61,380 nucleotides of DNA from the NCBI GenBank assembly GCA_044869955.1, contig JBIOYC010000076.1:1-61380 (forward strand), given 5' to 3'. Position 1 is the stretch's first letter. Each line of letters starts with the position of its first letter. The position numbers and the translations under genes are program-made. The notes beneath the pieces were generated by a model. It saw nothing but the letters and a program-made list of their open reading frames with translations, did no database searches and was not told the origin of the DNA. Shown piece by piece: positions 21,288-31,449 of the stretch. The stretch comes from Thermoanaerobaculia bacterium. GTDB taxonomy: Bacteria; Acidobacteriota; Thermoanaerobaculia; Multivoradales; SZUA-115.

Positions 21288-22532
21288 ATGGACCGTCTGA
21301 GCCCGCTCGCCACCGTCGACCCCGAGGTGGCCCAGGCCATCGAAAGCGAAAAGGCGCGGCAGAACCGGGGCCTCGAGCTGATCGCCTCTGAGAACTTCGT
21401 CAGTCGTGCCGTGCTCGAAGCGGTCGGCTGCGTGATGACCAACAAATACGCCGAGGGCTACCCGGGCAAGCGCTACTACGGCGGCTGCGAGCACGTCGAC
21501 GTGGTGGAGCGCCTGGCCATCGAGCGGGCGAAGGCTCTCTTCGGCGCCGAGCACGCCAACGTCCAGCCCCACAGCGGCACCTCGGCCAACATGGCCGTGT
21601 ACTTCGCCATGCTCCGACCCGGGGACACCCTGATGGGGTTGGATCTGGCCTGCGGCGGTCACCTCTCCCACGGCCACCGGCTTTCCTACTCCGGACGTGA
21701 CTTCCAGGTCGTGGCCTACGGCGTCGACCGCGAGACCGAGCGCCTCGACTACGACGAGGTGGCCCGCGTCGCCCGAGAGCACCGGCCGAAGATGATCGTC
21801 TGCGGCGCCTCGGCCTACAGCCGGGTGATCGATTTCGCCCGCTTCCGCGCTATCGCCGACGAGGTCGGGGCTTTCCTCCTGGCCGATATCGCCCACATCG
21901 CCGGGCTAGTGGCCGCCGGCCTCCACCCCTCGCCGGTGCCCCACGCCCATTTCGTCACCAGCACCACCCACAAGACCCTCCGCGGGCCCCGGGCCGGGCT
22001 GATCCTCTGCCGGGAGGAGTTCGCCAAGGACATCGACCGCGCGGTCTTCCCTGGCCTCCAGGGTGGACCGCTGATGCACGTCATCGCGGGCAAGGCGGTG
22101 GCGTTCCAGGAAGCCCTGTCGCCGGGCTTCGCCGCCTACCAACAGCAGATCCAGGCCAACGCTCGCCGCCTCTCGGAGCGACTGGCGGGCAAGGGGCTGC
22201 GCATCGTCTCCGGCGGCACCGACAACCACGTCTTCCTGATGGACGTGCGCAGCGTGGGGTTGACCGGCAAGGTCGCCGAGAAGGCGCTCGAGCAGGCCGG
22301 TATCACCACCAACAAGAACACCATCCCCTTCGACCCCAACCCGCCCCTGGTGGCCTCGGGCATCCGCATCGGCACGCCGGCGGTGACCACCCGAGGGATG
22401 CAGGAAGCGGAGATGGACGAGGTGGGCGAGCTGATCGCGAGCGCCCTCGGTGCTGCCGAGGACGAGGCCGCTCTCGAGCGCATCCAAACCGACGTGGAAG
22501 CCCTCTGCGACCGCTTCCCCCTCTACCCCTGA
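21288..22532 (+). CDS. glyA: Serine hydroxymethyltransferase
   Basis: [35 protein letters not shown]; start ATG 21288. Confidence 0.97.
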   Translation: MDRLSPLATVDPEVAQAIESEKARQNRGLELIASENFVSRAVLEAVGCVMTNKYAEGYPGKRYYGGCEHVDVVERLAIERAKALFGAEHANVQPHSGTSANMAVYFAMLRPGDTLMGLDLACGGHLSHGHRLSYSGRDFQVVAYGVDRETERLDYDEVARVAREHRPKMIVCGASAYSRVIDFARFRAIADEVGAFLLADIAHIAGLVAAGLHPSPVPHAHFVTSTTHKTLRGPRAGLILCREEFAKDIDRAVFPGLQGGPLMHVIAGKAVAFQEALSPGFAAYQQQIQANARRLSERLAGKGLRIVSGGTDNHVFLMDVRSVGLTGKVAEKALEQAGITTNKNTIPFDPNPPLVASGIRIGTPAVTTRGMQEAEMDEVGELIASALGAAEDEAALERIQTDVEALCDRFPLYP

Positions 22533-22543
22533 GTGACGGCCGG

Positions 22544-23521
22544 ATGAGCGAGCCGAGCCTTTCCCTCGCCGACATCGAGGCCGCACGGGAGCGGCTCCGT
22601 GACCTCGTGCGCGAGACCCCTGTGTGGCGCTGGCAGGGCCGGGAGATCGACGGCCTGGTCGGGCCCTCGACCGAGGTGATCCTCAAGCTCGAGTTGTTCC
22701 AGGTCGCCGGCACCTTCAAGGCGAGGGGCGCGCTGCTCAACCTGCTCGCCCTGCCGGAGGAGGCGCGGGCGAGGGGGGTTACCGCCGTGTCCGCGGGCAA
22801 TCACGCCATGGCGGTGGCCTTCGCGGCGGGCCGGCTGGGCACCACGGCCAAGGTGGTGATGCCCAGGACGGCCAATCCGGCTCGGGTGGAGGGTTGCCGC
22901 GCTCTCGGAGCCGAGGTGGTGCTGATGGATGACGTGGGTCGCGCCTTCGACGAGGTGCGCCGCATCGAGAGGGAGGAGGGGCGCGCCTTCGTCCATCCCT
23001 TCGACGGCCGCGACACCTGGCTCGGCACGGCCACCCTGGGGCTCGAGCTGAGCCGGCAGGTGCCCGGGCTCGACGCCGTGATCATCCCGATCGGGGGCGG
23101 TGGCCTGGCCGCGGGGGCCGCGGCGGCGATCCGTCAGGTCCAGCCCTCCTGCCGGGTGTTCGGGGTCGAGCCGACCGGTGCGGCTGTGATGAGCGCGAGC
23201 TTCGCGGCGGGGGAGGCCCAGCGCATGGAGAAGCTCGCCACCATCGCCGACAGCCTCGCCGCCCCCCACACCACTCCGGGCACCTACGCCGTTTGCCGGC
23301 GCTACCTCGAGGAGGTGGTGACCATCGAGGACGACGCGATGCGCTCCGCCATGGGCCTGCTGCAGCGAGAGATGAAGCTCGCCGTCGAGCCCGCGGGAGC
23401 CGCGGCGACCGCCGCCCTCCTCGGTCCCCTGTGCGAGACGCTGCGCGGCCGGCGTGTGGGTCTGATCGTCTGTGGCACCAACATCGACGCCGCTACTTGG
23501 TGCCGATTGGCGGCCGCATAG
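22544..23521 (+). CDS. PLP-dependent threonine/serine dehydratase family protein
   Basis: GTFKARGA (PLP Lys), SAGNHA, PIGGGGL, EPAGA, CGTNID; no regulatory domain. Confidence 0.88.
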   Translation: MSEPSLSLADIEAARERLRDLVRETPVWRWQGREIDGLVGPSTEVILKLELFQVAGTFKARGALLNLLALPEEARARGVTAVSAGNHAMAVAFAAGRLGTTAKVVMPRTANPARVEGCRALGAEVVLMDDVGRAFDEVRRIEREEGRAFVHPFDGRDTWLGTATLGLELSRQVPGLDAVIIPIGGGGLAAGAAAAIRQVQPSCRVFGVEPTGAAVMSASFAAGEAQRMEKLATIADSLAAPHTTPGTYAVCRRYLEEVVTIEDDAMRSAMGLLQREMKLAVEPAGAAATAALLGPLCETLRGRRVGLIVCGTNIDAATWCRLAAA

Positions 23522-23537
23522 CCGGCTTCCCGTTCTC

Positions 23538-25124
23538 TCAGGGGCCCGAAGGCGCAGCGGTGCGTTCGAAGATCCAGTAGTGGAAGTCGTCCTCGGGCGG
23601 TCCGGGGATCTTGGCCGCCAGGGTGTAGTCGGCGAATCCGGGATCTGCCACCAATGCCGGGAAGACTCCGTACTCGTCGCGCGGGACCAGTCGTTCCGGT
23701 AGGGAGCTGTGGACCACCAGGAATCGTGGGGCCTGCTGGTAGGCCCATGTGGCGAAGCGCTCCGGAGAGCGGGAGATCGGCGGTCGAGGAGCCTCGTGGT
23801 TGTTGAGGCAGAAGGCGTCCAAGGCGTTCGCCCTCACGAGGTAGGGGACCAGCCCCGAATCACCGATCAGGAACGAGTCTTCGGGCCCCAGTCGCGCGTC
23901 CAGCCATTCCCCGAGGATGCGACGGGTTGCCATGCGCTCGGCGTAGGCTGCCGCGTGGGCCTCGAGCTTCGGCGTGACCATCGACCACTGCAGGCTGGTG
24001 CCCAGGACGCCGGCCACCACGAAGGCAACTTCCCACCGAGGACCTCGCCCCTCTCGCCAAAGACGCGGTGCGAGGAGCCACAGGGCTCCGGCGGCGGCCA
24101 CGAGCACCAGGGCATGCGGCGCGAGAAAGTGGCGGTTGTAGTACCCGATGATCGGGTCGGCACCGTGGAGGAGGATCAGATAGGCCACGGGCACGATGCC
24201 TAGCACCAAGGCCCGGCCGCTGCGGTGCTGCCAGAGGAAGACCGCACTGAGGGCCAGGAATGGTGCTGCGACGGCCAGGTACCTCGTGGTCAGCACCCAG
24301 GGATCGCCGTCGTAGCCAGCCTTGCAGAGCACCGAGTTGGGTACGGCCGTGTGGAAGTGAGAGAGCTTCCAGAGGGTATAGAGGGCATAGGGCACCGCCG
24401 CGCTCGCCGTGAGGGCCAGCATCCCCGCGAGCCCTTCGCGCAGCACCTTCCGGCCCTCCGCGGAGCTTCGCGGGCTGGTTTGGCGATAGCGTGAGAGCAC
24501 CTCCACCACCAGGCCGAGAGCCAGCGCGAGACCGAGCACCGGCCCCTCCGGCCGGGTCAGAGCCGCCAGGAAGACGAGGAAACCCGAGGTTGCCAGCCGC
24601 CCTCTGCGGAAGAGACTGCCGCGATCCTGATCCGGAGGGTCCCGAAACGCCGAGGTGAAGACGGCCACCGCAGCGACTGTCAGGAGCAAGTAGAGCGGTG
24701 TCTCGAGGCCGCTTACGGTCCAAAGCAGGACCCCGGGATCCGCGGTGAGTGCGAGGACGGGGAGGGTGGCACCCAGAGGGCCCAAATGCATCCTGGCCAG
24801 GGCATAGAGCGCGACACAAGCACCCGCTAAGCTGAGGCAGCCCACGAGCTTGAGGACCAGCATCGGCTCAGCTCCCGTACGCAAAGCCAGGGATCCGATC
24901 AGCACGAAGAGGAAGTTCGAGTAGCCTTCGACCGCGGGATGAGATCCCGGGTTCCAGACGATGCCCGTCCCTTCCGCGAGGTGCCTGGAGTAACGCAGGG
25001 TGATGTAGGCGTCGTCGGTGGTGAAGAGCCAGAGGCCGGCGAGCGACACCAGCGTCCGCACCGCGACCAGGAGCAGGACTCCGAAGAGCAGGCGTGAAGC
25101 CCAGCGGGGCAGCCGGGGCGTCAC
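23538..25124 (-). CDS. Polytopic membrane GT-C-type glycosyltransferase
   Basis: TDDAYITLRYSRHL, VEGYSNFL, SGLETPL, LTRPEG, many TM segments; GTG 25124 overlaps the nth stop. Confidence 0.7.
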   Translation of the reverse strand: MTPRLPRWASRLLFGVLLLVAVRTLVSLAGLWLFTTDDAYITLRYSRHLAEGTGIVWNPGSHPAVEGYSNFLFVLIGSLALRTGAEPMLVLKLVGCLSLAGACVALYALARMHLGPLGATLPVLALTADPGVLLWTVSGLETPLYLLLTVAAVAVFTSAFRDPPDQDRGSLFRRGRLATSGFLVFLAALTRPEGPVLGLALALGLVVEVLSRYRQTSPRSSAEGRKVLREGLAGMLALTASAAVPYALYTLWKLSHFHTAVPNSVLCKAGYDGDPWVLTTRYLAVAAPFLALSAVFLWQHRSGRALVLGIVPVAYLILLHGADPIIGYYNRHFLAPHALVLVAAAGALWLLAPRLWREGRGPRWEVAFVVAGVLGTSLQWSMVTPKLEAHAAAYAERMATRRILGEWLDARLGPEDSFLIGDSGLVPYLVRANALDAFCLNNHEAPRPPISRSPERFATWAYQQAPRFLVVHSSLPERLVPRDEYGVFPALVADPGFADYTLAAKIPGPPEDDFHYWIFERTAAPSGP

Positions 25125-25813
25125 GCGGGACTCCCGGCCCTCGGTCCTCGCGTCCTGAGCGCCCGGTTGCGCTCTCTCTCCTCGTCCTTGTGCTCCTTCG
25201 ACGCCGCCCAGGAGCAGATCGGGCAGGCGTCCAGGTCGTGGTAGAGGGCGGGGCAGCGCTCGCGCCCGAAGTAGATGATCTGGAGGTGAAGGCGCGCCCA
25301 GGCTTCCTCGGGGAAGAGGGCCTTCAGATCCCGCTCCGTCTGGGTGACGTTCTTGCCGCTCGACAGCCCCCAGCGGGCGGCGAGCCGGTGGATGTGGGTG
25401 TCGACCGGGAAAGCCGGGGTGCCGAAGGCCTGGACCAGCACCACCGAAGCGGTCTTGTGACCGACGCCGGGCAGAGCCTCGAGCTCCTCGAGCGTGCGGG
25501 GCACCTCGCCCCCTCGCGCGGCGAGGATCTCGGACAGCCCCTTCAGAGCTTTGGCCTTCTGGGGGGCGAGGCCGATCTCGCGGATCAGGGCGCGGATCTC
25601 CTCCTCGGGCAGCCGGGCCATCTCGGCGGGCGTGGCGGCTCGCGCGAAGAGGGCCGGCGTCACCTGATTGACCTTCTTGTCGGTCGTCTGCGCCGAGAGC
25701 AGCACGGCCACCAGCAGGGTGAACGGGTCTCGATGCTCGAGGGGGATCGGCAGCAGTGGGTAGATGTCGTCGAGCACCGCCTGGATTCGCGCTGCCTTCG
25801 CCGCAAGGGTCAT
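25121..25813 (-). CDS. nth: Endonuclease III (HhH-GPD glycosylase)
   Basis: VLLSAQTTD, LPGVGHKTA (catalytic Lys), FPVDTHI (catalytic Asp). Confidence 0.93.
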   Translation of the reverse strand: MTLAAKAARIQAVLDDIYPLLPIPLEHRDPFTLLVAVLLSAQTTDKKVNQVTPALFARAATPAEMARLPEEEIRALIREIGLAPQKAKALKGLSEILAARGGEVPRTLEELEALPGVGHKTASVVLVQAFGTPAFPVDTHIHRLAARWGLSSGKNVTQTERDLKALFPEEAWARLHLQIIYFGRERCPALYHDLDACPICSWAASKEHKDEERERNRALRTRGPRAGSPA

Positions 25814-27150
25814 GGGCTTTCTCCTTCCTCCGCAGGACAGATCGACCATAGCGGCTCGCTGGCGGGGGCCGGCCGCCCGATTCGAGCACGCAGGGCGCGG
25901 CGCAGCTGTCCCACCAGGTAGATCGAGCCGGTGATGACCAGCTTCTCCTGCGTCGCGGAGAGTGCCAGGTCGAGGGCTCGTTCGGGCTCGGGCTCGACCT
26001 CAACGCCACGCCCGGGCAGCAGGTCGGCGAGTTGAGTGGGGTCCGCGCCCCGAGCGCTCGGGGTATGGGTCAGGATCACCCGGCGAGCCTTCGCCGCGAC
26101 GCGCGGCAGCATGGCGGCGGCGTCCTTGTCTGAAAAGCAGCCGAAGAGGAGGTCGAAAGGCCGCCCCTGCTCGGTCAGGTGTTCGGCGAGGTGCTCGGCC
26201 CCGGCGGGATTGTGGGCAGCATCCAGCAGGACTTCGCCGCCCCCGGGCAGCGGAACCGTCTCGAGACGGCCCGGCCAGCGGCACCCGGCGACGCCCGCCG
26301 CGATCGCGCGGCAATCGACACCGTGCCACCCCAGCTCGGCCAGGAGCTCCGCCGCTCGAACCGCCGCCGCGGCGTTCGCACGTTGATGGCGGCCGGCCAA
26401 TCCCAGCTCGAGACGGTATCGCTGCCGAGGTGTGGTGAGCGTGACCGCTGTCGGGTGCCCGGCGTCGACTCCCGCGAGATGACACTCCTCCTCGACCCAA
26501 TGCGCCCGGCTCTTGGCCTCGGCTACCGCTGCGGACAGGGAAGCGCGGGCCTCGTCCCCGGCCGGCGCCAGAACGGCCGGCCGGCCGGAGCGCAAGATGC
26601 CGGCCTTCTCCCGGGCGATCGCGCTCAGCGTGTCACCCAGGTGTGCGGTGTGGTCGAGGCTGATCGAGGTGATGACCGACAGCAGGGGGTCGGCGGCGTT
26701 GGTGGCGTCGAGGCGGCCACCCATGCCCACCTCGAGCACCGCCAGATCGACTCTGCGCCGCTCGAAGGCGAGAAAGGCCGCAGCGGTGAGAGCCTCGAAG
26801 TAGGTGGGAGGAGCTGTGAGGCTACGCTGGGCCGCGGCCACCACCTCCTCGAGTAGCTCGCCCAGCCAGGTGCCGTCGATCGCCGCTCCGCCGAAGCGGA
26901 TGCGCTCCTCGACGTCCTCGAGATGGGGCGAGGTGTAGAGGCCGGTCGAATAGCCGGCATGGGCGGCGATCGAGGCCAACATGGTGGCCGTCGACCCCTT
27001 GCCGTTGGTCCCCGCGACCAGCACAGCCGGGAGGCCACGCTGCGGGTTGCCGAGGCCGGCGAGCAGGGATTGGGTGGTGTCCAGCCCGAGACGGATGCCG
27101 AAGAGCTCGAGGCTCGAGAGGAGGCGCTCGGCGGCGGCGGGCAGGGGCAC
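25810..27150 (-). CDS. folC: Folylpolyglutamate synthase/dihydrofolate synthase
   Basis: VAGTNGKGS, YTSPHL, EVGMGGRLDATN, WPGRLE, LDAAHN, TGSIYLVG. Confidence 0.95.
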   Translation of the reverse strand: MPLPAAAERLLSSLELFGIRLGLDTTQSLLAGLGNPQRGLPAVLVAGTNGKGSTATMLASIAAHAGYSTGLYTSPHLEDVEERIRFGGAAIDGTWLGELLEEVVAAAQRSLTAPPTYFEALTAAAFLAFERRRVDLAVLEVGMGGRLDATNAADPLLSVITSISLDHTAHLGDTLSAIAREKAGILRSGRPAVLAPAGDEARASLSAAVAEAKSRAHWVEEECHLAGVDAGHPTAVTLTTPRQRYRLELGLAGRHQRANAAAAVRAAELLAELGWHGVDCRAIAAGVAGCRWPGRLETVPLPGGGEVLLDAAHNPAGAEHLAEHLTEQGRPFDLLFGCFSDKDAAAMLPRVAAKARRVILTHTPSARGADPTQLADLLPGRGVEVEPEPERALDLALSATQEKLVITGSIYLVGQLRRALRARIGRPAPASEPLWSICPAEEGESP

Positions 27151-27156
27151 CTGGGA

Positions 27157-28002
27157 TCAGAGCAGGTGGCGCAGGGCCACGGCGATCGACGCCTTGAGGT
27201 CCCGGCGCGACACCACCAGGTCGAGGAAGCCGTGGTCGAGCAGGAACTCACTGGTCTGGAAGCCCTCGGGCAGACTCTGTCGGATGGTCTGCTCGATCAC
27301 CCGCGGGCCGGCAAATCCGATCAGGGCCCCCGGCTCGGCCACGTTCAGGTCGCCGAGCATGGCGAAGGAGGCGGTGACACCCCCGGTGGTCGGATCGGTC
27401 AACACCGAGATGAAGGGAAGGCGGGCCTTGGCGAGGAGTGCGAGGGCGGCGGAGATCTTCGCCATCTGCATCAGCGAGAGGATGCCCTCCTGCATGCGCG
27501 CGCCACCGGAGGCCGAGACCACGATCAACGGCCGACGCTTCTCGAGGCAGACCTCGACCGCGCGAGTGATCATCTCGCCCACGACCGAGCCCATGGAGCC
27601 ACCCATGAAGCGGTACTCCATGACGGCGAGCACCACGGGGATCCCCTCGAGCGTGCCTTCGAGGGTGACGATAGCGTCGCGGGAGCCGACGCCCTTCTGG
27701 TACGCGCGCAGGCGGTCGACGTAGGCCTTGGTGTCCGTGAAGCCCAGGGGGTCGCCCGGGGAGACGCTCGGATGCTCGCGGGCCGCCCCGGGGTCATCGA
27801 TCAGCAGCGCGATGCGCTCGCGGGCGTCGATGCGAAAGTGGTAACCGCATTTGGGACAGATGCGGAGGTTACGCTCGAGCTCTTTCGAGTAGACCACCTC
27901 TCGGCAGCCTTCGCACTTGACCCAGAGGCCTTCCGGGACAGTGCTCCGGGGTCGGCTCTCGACCACCGGCTTGGGGCGCTTGGGCTTGCGGAACCAGGCC
28001 AT
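27157..28002 (-). CDS. accD: Acetyl-CoA carboxylase carboxyltransferase beta subunit
   Basis: LWVKCEGC...CPKC Zn ribbon, [36 protein letters not shown]. Confidence 0.97.
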   Translation of the reverse strand: MAWFRKPKRPKPVVESRPRSTVPEGLWVKCEGCREVVYSKELERNLRICPKCGYHFRIDARERIALLIDDPGAAREHPSVSPGDPLGFTDTKAYVDRLRAYQKGVGSRDAIVTLEGTLEGIPVVLAVMEYRFMGGSMGSVVGEMITRAVEVCLEKRRPLIVVSASGGARMQEGILSLMQMAKISAALALLAKARLPFISVLTDPTTGGVTASFAMLGDLNVAEPGALIGFAGPRVIEQTIRQSLPEGFQTSEFLLDHGFLDLVVSRRDLKASIAVALRHLL

Positions 28003-28082
28003 GGGGGGGCGCCTCGGGAGCGGGACCGCCGGCCCTGAGCCGGAACGAGTCCCCGGTCTTCACGAGGCGAGCCTTGGAAGGC

Positions 28083-28316
28083 TCAGACGCCGGGGGGGCC
28101 TTCCTCGGAGCCTTCGAGGTCGTTGGCGATCCCGAGGCGCAGGCAGGCGGCGTCGTACATCTGACGGGCTGCCTTCTTGCCGTTTTGCAGCTCGGCCAGT
28201 CGGTCCTTGACCTTGGCCAGCTCTTCTTCGATCGCGCGATCGAGCTCTTCGATCTCCTGGCGGGTCGTCGACAGGATGTTCTCGTAGAACTTCCGCTGCT
28301 GGTCGTTCAGGCTCAT
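28083..28316 (-). CDS. Small coiled-coil hypothetical protein (77 aa)
   Basis: Purine-rich RBS GGAGGAAGGA; heptad-rich helix; typical codon usage. Confidence 0.75.
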   Translation of the reverse strand: MSLNDQQRKFYENILSTTRQEIEELDRAIEEELAKVKDRLAELQNGKKAARQMYDAACLRLGIANDLEGSEEGPPGV

Positions 28317-28380
28317 TCCTTCCTCCGTGAGCGACCGGCGCGACCTCCGCGCCGGTCGTCGCTGCGCCGCTCGAAATCCA

Positions 28381-31305
28381 TCACAGCTGGAACGGGAACT
28401 TCATGGTGTACCAGAACTTGACTCGAACACCGTCCTTGGTCGCTGGCCGGAACTTGGCCGTGCGGGCGGCGCCGAGCGCCGCTTCGTTGAGGCCGACGTC
28501 CTGACGCACTCCCTTGGTCACCCGTGCCTCGGCAACGCTCCCGTTCTCGTCCACCAAGACCGCGACCTCGACCGTTCCCGCAACCCGGAGCCGTCGAGCC
28601 TGGGGAGGATACTCCGGTTTGGAATAGCTGACAAGCAATGGTGGGACCACGCCCGGGCCCATCTGAACCAGCTGCCCGACCTTGACTTTGGGCTCCTCGA
28701 GAGCCGGTCGCGGCTCCTCGGTGACCGGCTGGGAAGCCGCCGGCTCGCGGACGTCGGTCGCGGGCTCGGGGGCTGGCTCCAGCCGCTGCTCGGTCGCCGG
28801 AGGAGCCTCGGGCTCCTGGCGAGGCGGCTCGCTCGGCGTCGGGGCGGACGCGGTCGTGGCCGGGGCCGGCTGGGTGGTCGCCGCGGCAGGGGGCGTCGTG
28901 GAGCTCTGCTTGGTGCCCGCCGCCTGATAGGCCGCGATCTGCTGCTGGAGCCGCTTCTGCTCAGACTCGAGCTTCTTGCGCAGGGCCTCCTCGCGCTTGG
29001 CCAGCTCCTCGTCGACCATGCGCGAGACGTCCGGCTGTCCGGCATCGGTGGACGCCGCCGGCTCGGTGGCCGGAGAGGTTCCGTCGCCGGGAACCGCCGG
29101 GGTCGCAGTGCCCTCGGCCGGAGCGGTCTCGGTGGCCGGCGGCGCTGTTTCAGCCGGTGTGACCTCCTCACCGCTCTTCCTGCCCAGGGTCCAGTACAGG
29201 CCCACGGCGATCAGCAGCAGGGCCAGGGCTGCGGCCAGGATCAACGGCAGCCGATTGTCACTCCTGCGCGCAGGGTCGCCGAGATCCGCCGTGACGTTGG
29301 GCGGGGCGGCCATCGCCTCCACGACCATCGGTCCCTTGCCGGTCGACGGTGCAGCTGCCACCTGAGGTAGCCGCATGGTGGGGGCCGGCTCGGCGTCGGG
29401 CCCGGGCACCCCGTGAGGGGCCGGTCGGGGCGCCGACCCTCGCGGCGGGTCGAACGGGCTCGGTGCGGGTGATGGCGTCAGCACGGGGCGAGCCTCGTCG
29501 AGTCGGGCAGCGGCCGAGGGCCGCACGGGGGGGCCGCTCGGCGCGCCGACCAACTCGCCCGCGAAGAGCCGCCGCATCCAGCTACCCAGCTCGGACTGGC
29601 TCGGAGTCGGCTTCAGCTCGTAGAGCAGATTCTCGATCGCCTGCTGCATCTCGCCGGCGGTGGTGTAGCGGTCGTCGGGATTCTTCGCCAGCGCTTTGCC
29701 GACGACCTCGTCCACGGCCTCCGGGATGCTCGGGTCCAGGTCTCGCACCGAGGTGACCCTGCCATCGCGTACGGCGTCGAGGATCACGACCTCGTTATCG
29801 CCCGGGAAGAGACGCTGGCCGGTCAAGGTCTCGAAGAGCAGGGCTCCGAGGGAGAAGAGGTCGCTGCGGCCGTCCACCGGGCGACCCCAGGCCTGCTCGG
29901 GTGACATGTACTGCAGCTTGCCCTTGAGCGCTCCCATCTGGGTGTGGCTAGCCTTGGACACGGCCTTGACGATGCCGAAGTCACATAGCTTGATCTCACC
30001 GTCGTTCGAGATCAGCACGTTCTGCGGCGAAACGTCGCGGTGCACCAGACCGAGCTCGCGGCCGTCTGCGCCGCGCTTGTGGTGAGCGTGCTCCAGGGCC
30101 GACGCCAGCCGCGCGCCGATCAGCAGGCCCAGCCCCACGGGCACCCCGACGTCGCGCTCGCGGGCGATGGTCAGGATCTCGCGTAGGTTGTGGCCTTCGA
30201 CGTACTCCATCGCGATGTAGTAGTCGCTGCCGAGCCGCCCGAGGTCGTAGATGTGGATGATGTTCGGGTGCGAGAGGAGCGCTGCGAGCTTCGCTTCGTC
30301 AACGAACATGGTGACGAAGGCGGAATTCTCGGTCAGGTGCGGCAGGATGCGCTTGATCGCCAGCGTCTTCTCGAAGCCTTCGACGCCGCTTCGACGGGCC
30401 TTCCACACCTCGGCCATCCCGCCCACGGCGATCCGCTCGAGCAACATGTAAGGGCCAAAAGGCTGGCCTGCGGCGAAGGTGGCCGGGCCCAAGGTGGGCA
30501 TCTGGACCGTTGCCGCCGGTGGCAAGGCCGGTGGCGTGACCGGCGCCGCCGCGGGTGTGGACGTCGCGGGCTGCGGTGCTGCCGGGGCCGGCGGAGTCGC
30601 CGGGCGGGGAGGGACTGGCCGTGATGCGGCCTTGCCCAGATCGAGGTCGTGAAGGGTGCGGGAGAGCAGTGCGTCGACGTCCGAGGCCGGCTTGGGCCGC
30701 GGCGGAGGTGCCGGAGACGATACGGCCGTGGGCGATGCTGGCTGAGCCGGGGCTGCCGGCCTCGCGGGCATCGCCATCACACCCGACAGGGTCTCCTCCA
30801 GCTTGCGGTGGATCTCGGCATCGACGGTCGGGGCTTGCGGCCGCACCCCCGGGGCCGACTTTTCACGGATGTCCATCTCCGCCAACAGGTCTCCGAAGAT
30901 CTCCTCTGAGCTGAGCCTTCGGCCGATCGGTTCCTTGAGGGGTGGCACGGCGGGCACCGTCGTCATCGTGCGCCGCACGAGGAGGCGCAGGTCGGTGTCC
31001 GAGAAGGGCTTGATCAGTTGCCCATCGGCACCCGCCCCCAGGTCGCCGGCCTCGGTGGTCCGGCGCTCTGGGATCAAGGCGATCGAGCCGCCGCCGCCGC
31101 CTTGACGGCTGAACGACTCGAGGAGTGCCCGGGCCCCGTGGACCTCGACGTTGACCAGGACGAGGTCGGGTCGATCTGCCGCAGCCGCCTGGAGGGCGTG
31201 ATCACGGTCGTCGACCGTCTTGATCTCCCAGCCCTCACTGGCGAGGGCATCGCGCACTCGCTCGACGTAGCGGCTTTCCGGCTCGACCAGGAGAATTCGC
31301 GACAT
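28381..31305 (-). CDS. Pseudo-receiver / Hanks Ser-Thr kinase / TM / TonB C-terminal fusion protein
   Basis: N-terminal REC-like RILLVE...PDLVLVN...IKPF; kinase GGMAEV, AIKR, HRDVSPQN, DFG, YMSPEQ; TM LPLILAAALALLLIAVGLYW; TonB-C PEYPPQARR...GTVEVAVLVDENG...FRPA. Confidence 0.9.
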   Translation of the reverse strand: MSRILLVEPESRYVERVRDALASEGWEIKTVDDRDHALQAAAADRPDLVLVNVEVHGARALLESFSRQGGGGGSIALIPERRTTEAGDLGAGADGQLIKPFSDTDLRLLVRRTMTTVPAVPPLKEPIGRRLSSEEIFGDLLAEMDIREKSAPGVRPQAPTVDAEIHRKLEETLSGVMAMPARPAAPAQPASPTAVSSPAPPPRPKPASDVDALLSRTLHDLDLGKAASRPVPPRPATPPAPAAPQPATSTPAAAPVTPPALPPAATVQMPTLGPATFAAGQPFGPYMLLERIAVGGMAEVWKARRSGVEGFEKTLAIKRILPHLTENSAFVTMFVDEAKLAALLSHPNIIHIYDLGRLGSDYYIAMEYVEGHNLREILTIARERDVGVPVGLGLLIGARLASALEHAHHKRGADGRELGLVHRDVSPQNVLISNDGEIKLCDFGIVKAVSKASHTQMGALKGKLQYMSPEQAWGRPVDGRSDLFSLGALLFETLTGQRLFPGDNEVVILDAVRDGRVTSVRDLDPSIPEAVDEVVGKALAKNPDDRYTTAGEMQQAIENLLYELKPTPSQSELGSWMRRLFAGELVGAPSGPPVRPSAAARLDEARPVLTPSPAPSPFDPPRGSAPRPAPHGVPGPDAEPAPTMRLPQVAAAPSTGKGPMVVEAMAAPPNVTADLGDPARRSDNRLPLILAAALALLLIAVGLYWTLGRKSGEEVTPAETAPPATETAPAEGTATPAVPGDGTSPATEPAASTDAGQPDVSRMVDEELAKREEALRKKLESEQKRLQQQIAAYQAAGTKQSSTTPPAAATTQPAPATTASAPTPSEPPRQEPEAPPATEQRLEPAPEPATDVREPAASQPVTEEPRPALEEPKVKVGQLVQMGPGVVPPLLVSYSKPEYPPQARRLRVAGTVEVAVLVDENGSVAEARVTKGVRQDVGLNEAALGAARTAKFRPATKDGVRVKFWYTMKFPFQL

Positions 31306-31449
31306 GTCAAGCTCCGAAAGCGTCAGGAATGATGGCTGTTCTAACACTCCGCCTGCCGAGAGTCAATTCAGGCGCGGCGAAAAGTCCCGATCCTGCTTTC
31401 ACTTAGCCCCATCTCAGGCAGCCAGGGCTGGTAGCATATCCGGCGCTTG

